Source of the DNA: Candidatus Velthaea sp.
GTDB lineage: Bacteria; Vulcanimicrobiota; Vulcanimicrobiia; Vulcanimicrobiales; Vulcanimicrobiaceae
Direction: 5' to 3'
Length of the DNA stretch: 21,016 bases
Assembly: GCA_050012475.1 (NCBI GenBank)
Contig: JBEKHC010000090.1
Coordinates: forward strand, 1-21,016
The position numbers and the translations under genes were made by a program. A model generated the notes under the pieces. The model worked only from the letters and a program-made list of their open reading frames with translations. It had not been told where the DNA came from and made no database searches. This document shows, in pieces, positions 9,906 to 17,443 of this stretch. The stretch's first letter is position 1. Each line of letters begins with the position of its first letter.

Positions 9906-10355
9906 TCAGCGCAGCACCTTGCGAAACTTGATCAGCCGCTCGACTTCTGCGAAACCGCAGTGCACGTGAGCGCGAAGCGACGCTTCATTGTCGACACCGG
10001 TATCGGACGCGAGTTCGGTGAACCCGCGCTCGCGCGCCCACCCTTCGGCGCGACGGAGAAGGTTGCGGCCGAGACCCCGTCCGCGTGCGCTGGGCTCGAC
10101 ATACCAACCTTCGACATGCGGCACGGGCATCGAATCGCAGCCGTCGGAAAACGCGCGCACCGAGAGTTCGAGAAAGCCGGCCGCTTGCGCGGCATCGTCT
10201 TCGACGATGAACGCCGCATCGATGCCGGGGACGGCGCGGCCGTCGATGAACGCGCGTGCTTCTTCGGTCAGCGCGGCGGCCTCGGCTTCCGGCCACAACC
10301 GCGCCCGCATCGTTGCCCAGGCCGGAACATCGTTGCGCTCGACGGGGCGAATCAC
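9906..10355 (-). CDS. GNAT acetyltransferase, aminoglycoside 6'-N-acetyltransferase (AAC(6')-I)-like
   Basis: MRARLWP, GFLELSVR...DGC...VEGWYV...RGRGLG...AEGWARERGFTELASD...NEASLRAH..CGF.EVER...FRK is the AAC(6')-Ic/Iy-like signature. The GTG start overlaps the upstream stop (GTGA). Confidence 0.85.
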   Translation of the reverse strand: MIRPVERNDVPAWATMRARLWPEAEAAALTEEARAFIDGRAVPGIDAAFIVEDDAAQAAGFLELSVRAFSDGCDSMPVPHVEGWYVEPSARGRGLGRNLLRRAEGWARERGFTELASDTGVDNEASLRAHVHCGFAEVERLIKFRKVLR

Positions 10356-11062
10356 GGATGTTGCGGAGAGGGTTGCGGGGCGCTTCGCGCGCGCTGTCCC
10401 GGCAGCAGCAACCCGGCGGCGATGATCCAGATGAAGCCCGGAAAGCGCGTCAGCGGAATGAGCGGCAACAGCTGGGGATAGACCATCTGCAGCCAGCTCA
10501 GTTCGCCGACGACGGCGATGACGAGTCCGGCTAGCGTGAACCAGCGCGGTAAGAGGCGCATGAAAAACGACGGCACCGCGACGCCCGCGATCAACAGGCC
10601 GAAGGGGACCGAGAAACCCACGCCGCCCGTTGCGAACATCGCAAAATACAGTCCGTCGATGAGCGCCGGTTCGCGGGCCACCGCCGGCTGGACCATCGTC
10701 CACATGATCGACGACGAGACGGCGATCACGGTCGCCGACATCCAGCCGCCGAAGCGCGCGATATCGATCCCCGCGGCGCGCACGCCGAGGAATTGCAGCC
10801 GGCTCGCAACCGCCGCGGCAAAGATCCCCAGCGGGATCGCCGAGCCGAATTGAAAGAACGCGCACAGCAGCGCTTGCGGGCCGCGCACGAGGAAGTAGCG
10901 TTCTATCTCGCCGGGCGGCGGAAAGTACGGCAGCCCATTGAACGAGGTGACGAAATACAAACCGCTACAGAAGAGGGCCACGAACGCGATCGCGACTGCG
11001 CCGGGCGGCGGCGATTGGTGGCGCTGGAGCGGGACTGATGGGCGAGGCGTTGCTGCGTACAT
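10352..11062 (-). CDS. Multi-pass membrane protein (DUF4386-like)
   Basis: ATG 11062 with GGAGG SD (11067-11071); about 6 hydrophobic helices; FQFGSAIPLGIF, LIPLTRFPGFIW. Confidence 0.8.
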   Translation of the reverse strand: MYAATPRPSVPLQRHQSPPPGAVAIAFVALFCSGLYFVTSFNGLPYFPPPGEIERYFLVRGPQALLCAFFQFGSAIPLGIFAAAVASRLQFLGVRAAGIDIARFGGWMSATVIAVSSSIMWTMVQPAVAREPALIDGLYFAMFATGGVGFSVPFGLLIAGVAVPSFFMRLLPRWFTLAGLVIAVVGELSWLQMVYPQLLPLIPLTRFPGFIWIIAAGLLLPGQRARSAPQPSPQHP

Positions 11063-11078
11063 GCGACCTCCGGTTAAA

Positions 11079-11101
11079 TGACTATACGTACTGTATACCC
11101 A
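11079..11101. promoter_or_regulatory. Putative TetR operator in the divergent intergenic region
   Basis: Imperfect inverted repeat TGACTATAC-GTACT-GTATACCCA (core TATAC-N5-GTATA) in an AT-rich 57-bp gap. Confidence 0.55.
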
Positions 11102-11119
11102 ATATCTCCGTGATGCAAG

Positions 11120-11758
11120 ATGCAGTCGCCGCGCCGGTATCGTAGTCCGGCGCGCGAGGCCGCGAGCAACAAGACCCGCGAGCGCGTCGTCGCCGCGGCA
11201 GTCCGGCTCCTGCGCTCGGCCGATGGCGCCCAGCGCTGCACGCTTGAGTCCGTGGCCAAAGGTGCGGGCGTTACCCGACTGACGGTGTACAATCTTTTCG
11301 GTGCACGCAGCGCGTTGTTCGAAGCCGTCTTCGACGAACGCGCGCGGCGCGGCGGCCTGCACCGCATCGCAGAGGCGATGATCCTTGACGACCCGCGGGC
11401 ATCGATCGCCGCACTCGTTGCGATCTTCAACGAGTTCTGGGCGTCGGATCGGGCAACGCTCGGCAATCTGTATGCGCTCGGCAGCAGCGACGCCGAGTTC
11501 GCCGCGGTCTTGCGGGCGCGCAACGAACGCCGGCGTCAGGCGTTCACCGTGTTGGCGAAACGCTTAGCGGCAGCCGGACAGATCGAACCGCAAGCCATCG
11601 ACGACCTCGCGGATGTGTTGTTCGCCCTCACCGCTTATGCTTTCTTCGAAGATCTTACTTCGCGGGGCCGCGCCCCGTCGGCCGCGCTTGAAATCGTTCG
11701 CGCGGCGGCCGACGATGCGATCGCTCGCGCGGCGTTGCCGGGCCGCGGTGCGGACTGA
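11120..11758 (+). CDS. TetR/AcrR family transcriptional regulator
   Basis: RRYRSPAR...TRERVVAAAVRLL...TLESVAKGAGVTRLTVYNLFGARSALF helix-turn-helix. Confidence 0.92.
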   Translation: MQSPRRYRSPAREAASNKTRERVVAAAVRLLRSADGAQRCTLESVAKGAGVTRLTVYNLFGARSALFEAVFDERARRGGLHRIAEAMILDDPRASIAALVAIFNEFWASDRATLGNLYALGSSDAEFAAVLRARNERRRQAFTVLAKRLAAAGQIEPQAIDDLADVLFALTAYAFFEDLTSRGRAPSAALEIVRAAADDAIARAALPGRGAD

Positions 11759-11776
11759 AAGCGGCCGCGCGAACCG

Positions 11777-12193
11777 CTACGGCCGGTACGTGCCGAAGCT
11801 CCAGAGATAGCCTTCGGGATCGAATGCGGAGTAGTCGCGCGAGCCGTAATCGGTTTCGTGGATGTCCATGTGCAGGCGCGCGCCGGCGGCTTTTGCGCGC
11901 GCGTAGTGCGCCTCGATTTCTGCTGGCGGGACCGCAACGTAAATACTGCCGGTGAGCCCGCCGCGTTGGGCCGGCGGCTTGATCGGGTAGCCGTCGTCGC
12001 GGTCGCTGCCGATCATCACCAAACCGCCGTGAAAACGCAGTTCGGCATGCACGATCGTGCCGTCGCCGTCCTTGTAGCAGACGGCTTCCTCGAAGCCGAA
12101 TGTTTGGGCGAGCCAGGCAATGGCGGCTTGGGCGTCGGCGTAACGTAACGCCGGATAGAAGGTTTGGACCGATGTCGTAGTTGAGTGACTCAT
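11777..12193 (-). CDS. VOC (glyoxalase/bleomycin resistance, PhnB-like) family protein
   Basis: PALRYADAQAAIAWLAQTFGF, HAELRFHGGLVMIG, HYARAKAAGA, TDYGSRDYSAFDPEGYLWSFGTY; ATG 12193. Confidence 0.9.
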   Translation of the reverse strand: MSHSTTTSVQTFYPALRYADAQAAIAWLAQTFGFEEAVCYKDGDGTIVHAELRFHGGLVMIGSDRDDGYPIKPPAQRGGLTGSIYVAVPPAEIEAHYARAKAAGARLHMDIHETDYGSRDYSAFDPEGYLWSFGTYRP

Positions 12194-12199
12194 GACGCG

Positions 12200-12205
12200 A
12201 GTGTA
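12200..12205 (-). promoter_or_regulatory. -10 box of a probable leaderless transcript of the VOC gene
   Basis: TACACT exactly 6 nt before the ATG; no SD present. Confidence 0.55.
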
Positions 12206-12212
12206 GCTGACG

Positions 12213-13100
12213 TCAGGACGCGGTGTCTTGGAAATATTGCTCCGCGTCCTGGACGAGGCTGGTCGCGCCGGGATAACGCGTGGCGCGGAGATACGCACTT
12301 GGCGTCAGGCCGGCGTGCGCGCGAAACTCGCTCGTGAAATGCGCTTGATCGTAGTAGCCGGCGGCGAGCGCAACCTCGCTCAGCGGTGCGCTGCCATGGG
12401 CGATCGCGTTGAGCGCGCGGTTGAAGCGCACGATGCGGGCAAAACGTTTGGGCGTGACGCCGACGCGGTCGCGGAAGGCGGCGGCGAAACGGGCGCGCGA
12501 GCGCCCTTGCCACGCGTCGAGGTCGGCAATCGAGCGCGTTCCGCCGTCGGCAACGATCGCCGCGAGCGCGCGCTGCACCATCGGATCGCTCACGGGTCCG
12601 AGCGCGACGCGCTGCGCGGCCCATGCTGCTGCTGCGCGAACGGCAGTGCTGCCGTCGCGGGCACCGTGCACGCGCGAGCTCAATTCGGCCGCCGCGCCGC
12701 CGAGCACGGCGTGCAAATCGACGGTCAGTGATGTCAGCTCGGCCAGCGCCGCGCGCAGGAGCCGGAACGCCGCCGGCGGCCGGAGTCTTACGCCGAGCAC
12801 GCGGCAGCGCCCCGGCGGCGCTTCGACGACTTCGGCCGTCGTTCGCAAACCGGTGACGCAGACGGGTGGAAAGCGGTCGGCCGGTCCGTCGACGCCCGGC
12901 CGGTGCGGGGTGTCGAGCTGCACGATGAGTTCGAGTGTGCCGTCCGGAAACACGCGCTCGCGCGCGCAGCTGAGCGTCCCGTCGAAATGCCAAATGCTCT
13001 CGATCGCCGCGCCGAGCGGCGAGTCGGGCCCTGGCGCCCACTGGGTCTGGATCCAAACGCCGAAGGCGGACTCATGCCGCGTGACCGCGAGCGCGTTCAT
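12213..13100 (-). CDS. AraC family regulator (DUF6597-like N-terminus)
   Basis: ERVFPDGTLELIV, LGVRLRP, FRDRVGVTPKRFARIVRF, LSEVALAAGYYDQAHFTSEFRAHAGLTPS; probable ATG 13100. Confidence 0.9.
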   Translation of the reverse strand: MNALAVTRHESAFGVWIQTQWAPGPDSPLGAAIESIWHFDGTLSCARERVFPDGTLELIVQLDTPHRPGVDGPADRFPPVCVTGLRTTAEVVEAPPGRCRVLGVRLRPPAAFRLLRAALAELTSLTVDLHAVLGGAAAELSSRVHGARDGSTAVRAAAAWAAQRVALGPVSDPMVQRALAAIVADGGTRSIADLDAWQGRSRARFAAAFRDRVGVTPKRFARIVRFNRALNAIAHGSAPLSEVALAAGYYDQAHFTSEFRAHAGLTPSAYLRATRYPGATSLVQDAEQYFQDTAS

Positions 13101-13171
13101 ATGCCCGAGTTCGCCCGAGCCGCCCAAACCTCCAGGCCGCCGCGGGCTCGGCTGGGCGGCGGCCGCGGATG

Positions 13172-13198
13172 GGAACTTCTCGCCGGTCGGCGGCCGTA
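13172..13198 (+). promoter_or_regulatory. Possible ECF sigma-type promoter
   Basis: GGAACTT-N16-CGTA, ending 8 nt before ATG 13207. Confidence 0.4.
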
Positions 13199-13206
13199 CC
13201 ACGGAC

Positions 13207-13752
13207 ATGAAGGTTTCGCCCGCCGCACTCACCGTGTTGCTTGCCGTCATCCCGCTTGCGGCCAACGCGCAATACGATCCGACGGCGGATCAGGCGACGG
13301 TCGGGGTGTTGAACGAACGCATCGACGGCGACGTCAACCAGGGCTTGTTGCCCACAGACCGCGCGGCGCTCATGCGCGCCGAAATCGAAGCGGCGCAAAA
13401 GCTCGTCACCAACAAAGACAGTCAGGCAACCGCGATGCTGGCGGATATCGATCGCGACTTGGCGGCGTACGACCACACCGTCGACAGCAACGAAGCAAAT
13501 CGCGACTTGTTCTATCATACCGGCGACGCAATCACGATCGCGATGCGTGACGGCGTTGCTTGGCAAGTCGACAACGTCCAGAACACCGACATCATGAACC
13601 TCAAGAATCCCAACGCGATGAACCCTCCGGGCGTGCAAGGCATCTATCTCGCCAAGCAGCCCGGGTACACCGGCATCTCGCTGACCGATCCGGCCTCGGG
13701 CAAAAAAGTTCGCTTCCGCTTCTACATCGTCGACAAAGCCGTCGCGAACTGA
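13207..13752 (+). CDS. Secreted hypothetical protein (helical N-half, beta-sandwich C-half)
   Basis: Signal peptide MKVSPAALTVLLAVIPLAANA|Q; strong G/C third-position codon bias. The ORF extension to 12409 is the antisense shadow of the AraC gene. Confidence 0.82.
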   Translation: MKVSPAALTVLLAVIPLAANAQYDPTADQATVGVLNERIDGDVNQGLLPTDRAALMRAEIEAAQKLVTNKDSQATAMLADIDRDLAAYDHTVDSNEANRDLFYHTGDAITIAMRDGVAWQVDNVQNTDIMNLKNPNAMNPPGVQGIYLAKQPGYTGISLTDPASGKKVRFRFYIVDKAVAN

Positions 13753-13896
13753 GCGCCGCCGACCCCGTGCCCTTGGACAGTCGCGAACCGGCTCTCCGCC
13801 CGCTGCTGCGTTGCTCATCGGTCACAACGCTACGGCGTTGCTCCCTCTTCGCGCCTTGCCGCGAACGAAGATCCAGTCCGCTTTGTGTCAAGCACT

Positions 13897-13927
13897 GATG
13901 CAACTGCGCGCAAAGCCCAGCTGCATC
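13897..13927. terminator. Hairpin downstream of the adh gene (possible terminator)
   Basis: GATGCAACTG-N11-CAGCTGCATC between convergent genes; no clear U-tract. Confidence 0.4.
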
Positions 13928-13952
13928 CGGTGCGCGCACGTCGCGCGCTGCG

Positions 13953-14972
13953 TTACATCGTGAGCACGGCGCGGGCTTCGATCTCGCCGCCTTTGAGCTG
14001 GCGCAGCGCTTCGTCGGTCTTCTCGAGCGGGAAAGTCACGATATGCGCCTTGACTTTGCCGGCTCCGGCAATCTTGAGCACGTTCTCCATCTCCCAACGC
14101 GAGCCGATCACCGAGCCGATGATCTGCTTTTCGTCGGGGAAGAAGAAGGGACCGGGGTCGGTGAAGGTGCCGACGACGATCTTCCCGCCCGGCTTGGTCG
14201 CGGCGATCGCCTGACGCAGCATCGGCGTCGACGGCGCGAAGACGATTGCGACGTCGACGCCGCCGCTTTTCTTGAGGGTTTCGCCCGCATCGCCGTCGTT
14301 GGCGTCGATCGTGCGCGAGCAGCCCAGTTCCTTGGCGAGTTTGAGATGATTCTTGCCGCGCGCGACGCCGATCATATCCGCGCCGGTCAGCGCCGCAAAT
14401 TGCAGCACCATGTGGCCGACGCCGCCGATGCCGAAGAGCGCCATGGTTTGACCGGGCTGGAGATGCGCTTTGTGAACGGCGCCGTACGCGGTGACGCCCG
14501 GACAGAACAGCGGCGCGGCTTCTTCGTCGCTGATCGAGTCGGGAATTTTGTACGTGTGCAGCGCGTATCCCAGCATGTACTCGGCGTAGCCGCCGTCGCG
14601 GTTCTCGCCCGTAATTTTCTTGTTCGCGCTCTGACAGAGCTGTTCGCGCGCGGTGAGGCAGAATTCGCAGTGGCCGCAGGTCGACCACAGCGGCTGAACG
14701 CCGACACGATCGCCGACTTTGAGCCAGTCGACGCCGGCACCGACTTTGTCGATTTTGCCGACCACTTCATGGCCGGGGATGATGGGCGATATCGCCGGAA
14801 CGCCGATCTTGACCCAATCGCCTTCGATCATGTGCAGGTTCGAGCGGCAAACACCGCATGCCGTCACTCGAATGAGGACCTCGCCGGGACCGGGCTCGGG
14901 TACCGCGACGTCTTTGAGCGTTAGCGGCTTGGATTCGATGGGACCGGGGGTTACGAGGATCTGCGCGCGCAT
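13953..14972 (-). CDS. Zinc-dependent alcohol dehydrogenase (MDR superfamily, AdhP-like)
   Basis: CGVCRSNLH, PGHEVVG, GDRVG, structural Zn CGHCEFC...C, PLFCPGVTAY, GIGGVG; GGAG SD upstream. Confidence 0.93.
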   Translation of the reverse strand: MRAQILVTPGPIESKPLTLKDVAVPEPGPGEVLIRVTACGVCRSNLHMIEGDWVKIGVPAISPIIPGHEVVGKIDKVGAGVDWLKVGDRVGVQPLWSTCGHCEFCLTAREQLCQSANKKITGENRDGGYAEYMLGYALHTYKIPDSISDEEAAPLFCPGVTAYGAVHKAHLQPGQTMALFGIGGVGHMVLQFAALTGADMIGVARGKNHLKLAKELGCSRTIDANDGDAGETLKKSGGVDVAIVFAPSTPMLRQAIAATKPGGKIVVGTFTDPGPFFFPDEKQIIGSVIGSRWEMENVLKIAGAGKVKAHIVTFPLEKTDEALRQLKGGEIEARAVLTM

Positions 14973-15074
14973 AGATATTCATCTCCATGACGGATTGGTG
15001 TTGGCACAACCGTTACGCGGTTGTTCTTCACCGTACCGTCCGCAGATGCTCTCGCGCGTGCCGCGCGGCGACGC

Positions 15075-15323
15075 TTACTCGGGTGTTTGATATTTGGCGA
15101 AAAACGCCCGGTGCTCGGCCATCCGCGCGGCGAGCCGGGCGTTCGCGATGCGCATCTTTTCCAGTGCGACGGCGAGTTGCGCGGCGCTCTCTTGTAACTT
15201 GCTTTGGCTATTTTGAAATGCCGGCCGCGGCGCGCGGGTGGTCCGGGGGCGCAGATACGTCGCGATCCACGCGTGCAGCACGATGTGCGAGACGTCGTCG
15301 TGGAATTTTTGCGGATCCATCAT
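15075..15323 (-). CDS. Small hypothetical protein (82 aa) with a helical/coiled-coil C-half
   Basis: ATGATG preceded by GGGGAG; KLQESAAQLAVALEKMRIANARLAARMAEH is heptad-like; fills the gap between two co-oriented genes. Confidence 0.5.
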   Translation of the reverse strand: MMDPQKFHDDVSHIVLHAWIATYLRPRTTRAPRPAFQNSQSKLQESAAQLAVALEKMRIANARLAARMAEHRAFFAKYQTPE

Positions 15324-15505
15324 CTGAAAACGAAGCTCCCCTGCTTGAGCACGACGCAAGCGCCGGGCCGGAACGATCGATGGCCGGCTACTGCTTGCCA
15401 GGAGTCAAGCAGCAAGCCGGCGTCTGTCGATCGTACCCGTTCCGCGTCACGAGACCCCGGGCCGAAAGACACGTCCGCAGAGCCCGTTGGACTACGGCCG
15501 CGGCC

Positions 15506-16630
15506 TCAGCCGAGCACCGAGGCGCCGTCTGCGGCGCGCACCTCGAGCATCACGGGCTCGCGTCCCAAGGCCGAGCGATACGCGGTGCCGACCGTCGCGC
15601 GAAACGCCGGCAGCGCGTCGCGGCGAACCAGCGAGACGGTGGCGCCGTCGCGGCCCGTCATCCGCGAACCGAAGACGCCGGGCACCGAACGGGCTGCGCC
15701 GACCAAGAGCTCGACCTCGGGCGAACTCAGATCGTAATCGTCGCGCAGCGAGTCGTGGGACTCGTTGAGCCGGCCGCCGATCGCGATCGGATCTTCGGCG
15801 CGTACGGCGGCGACGGTCTGCAAAACGCGGACGTTCTCGGTGACGACGTGCCGCGTCCGGCGGCGCAACAGCGGTGGAAGCTTTTCGCTCAGGCGGAGAA
15901 AATCAGCCAGCGACACGTCGCGCAGGGTTCGGATTCGGCGCAGATGCGTACGCAGCGTCGTGGTGGCCTGGTCGCACTGGCTGCGCCGTTCGCGTTCGAG
16001 CGCGCGGCGGTCGCGCGCGATGTGCGCATCGCAGACAACGATCGCGACTCCACCCAAGACGAGCGGAACGGTGGTTGCTTCCCCGCTGCGGCAGTCGATG
16101 AGCAGGGCGTGATCGCGCTTGCCCATGGCTGAGGCGATCGGCGCGACTTCGCCTTCGACTTCCCGGCAGACCGCGACGACGTCGTCGACCGGCATCTCCG
16201 TGCCGGACGTTCCGAGCAGGGCGAGCGCTCCGGCCAGGCCCAGCGACGCCGACGAAGCCAGCCCGCTGCGCTGCGGGATCGTCGTACGCACGGCAAGATC
16301 CGAGCCGCGCAGGGCCGCGCCGCGCCGTTCGAGTCCGAGCGCGACTCGGTGCAAGCCGCCGATCCATCCCCCGCGCGGCTGCAGCCCGGCATCGTCGAGG
16401 TCGAACTCGGCGGTCTCACCGTGCGCAATCGAATGCAAGCGTACGATCCGGTCGCTGCGTTTTGCGGCTGCCAACACGGTCATCCGGTCGATCGCGATCG
16501 GCAGCACGAAACCCTCGCTATAGTCGACGTGATCGCCGATGAGGTTCAAGCGGCCGGGCGCCTGGTAGAAGCGTGGAGCATTCCGCGTCAACGCCGCTAA
16601 AGCATCACGGACGCCGTTGAGCTCGATCAT
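15506..16630 (-). CDS. Galactokinase-like GHMP family protein with degenerate catalytic motifs
   Basis: APGRLNLIGDHVDYSEGFVLPIAID, PQRSGLASSAS, DHALLIDCRS, RRTRHVVTENVRV, SHDSLRDDYDLSSPE, GSRMTG; the CGIMDQ motif is absent. Probable ATG 16630. Confidence 0.85.
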   Translation of the reverse strand: MIELNGVRDALAALTRNAPRFYQAPGRLNLIGDHVDYSEGFVLPIAIDRMTVLAAAKRSDRIVRLHSIAHGETAEFDLDDAGLQPRGGWIGGLHRVALGLERRGAALRGSDLAVRTTIPQRSGLASSASLGLAGALALLGTSGTEMPVDDVVAVCREVEGEVAPIASAMGKRDHALLIDCRSGEATTVPLVLGGVAIVVCDAHIARDRRALERERRSQCDQATTTLRTHLRRIRTLRDVSLADFLRLSEKLPPLLRRRTRHVVTENVRVLQTVAAVRAEDPIAIGGRLNESHDSLRDDYDLSSPEVELLVGAARSVPGVFGSRMTGRDGATVSLVRRDALPAFRATVGTAYRSALGREPVMLEVRAADGASVLG

Positions 16631-16887
16631 TCCGGCGAAAAATTCGTGTCGAACCTTCGGCGTGGCCTGCCCGAGATTTCGTCTGCGAGCAGGGTCGCAC
16701 CGGCAAGATATTTCTGTGCCCATTTTCGCGGGCGCTCAACATGAGATTAACGGAATGTTAGCTTCCACACACTCATTGTGGACGTTGTGGATGAAAGTGG
16801 AAATCCAAGCCCGCTTTTTGCCTCTTGGGGCGCGACTGAGCGGGGTTTCGGGGCCAGACGATAGTCGTTCTCGATAAGGGGGCGCGG

Positions 16888-17343
16888 TCACTGGGCCCCG
16901 GTTTCGGTAGGGCCGGCGCCTGGCGGTCGTTCGTCGGCCGGTTTCCGCGAGGCGGCGATCGCGCCCGCGATCGCCACGGCATCCTCCGCGAAGGCCACGA
17001 GTGGATCGGGCAATCCGCTCGTGCGAACGATGCTCGCGCGCAGCGCCTGGCCCGCGAAAGCGGCGAGCACCGCGCCGAGTGCTCCGGCCAACGTCCCGCC
17101 CGAGAGGTCCGCACCGAACGACCGGGCGACGCTGCGGCCGGCGAAGCCGCCCGAAAGCGCCCGAAAGATCAACGCAGGCGGGATCGTTCGCGCCGGCGTT
17201 GCCGGGAGTTTATCCGCGATGAGTTCGCCGGCGGCGAGGCCGGCGAGCGCTAAGCGAATCGGGTCGCGCGCGCGCCACTGCACCACCGCCGGTCCGGTCA
17301 TCGAACGTAAACCGCACGTCAAACCGATTGCGAACGACCGCAT
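16888..17343 (-). CDS. DUF4126-like membrane protein
   Basis: GLTCGLRSMTGP, ELIADKLPATPAR, VAFAEDAVAI; ATG 17343 with GAGG upstream. Confidence 0.75.
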   Translation of the reverse strand: MRSFAIGLTCGLRSMTGPAVVQWRARDPIRLALAGLAAGELIADKLPATPARTIPPALIFRALSGGFAGRSVARSFGADLSGGTLAGALGAVLAAFAGQALRASIVRTSGLPDPLVAFAEDAVAIAGAIAASRKPADERPPGAGPTETGAQ

Positions 17344-17443
17344 AACCGTTCCTCGTCCCATCCCAACCCTTCTTCCCAAGTCACGCCGCGTTGGCCACGT
17401 GGCCAAGTGAAAGCCTTGCGAAAAAGTTGAACTGTGAGCGACT

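Noticed and set aside
12409..13206. Long N-terminal extension of the secreted protein ORF
   Set aside because: Antisense to the AraC gene; a clear signal peptide starts at 13207.
17400..17414. Sigma54 promoter (GG-N10-GC) before the ATP-grasp gene
   Set aside because: TGGCCA-N5-AAGC is a poor match to TGGCAC-N5-TTGC.
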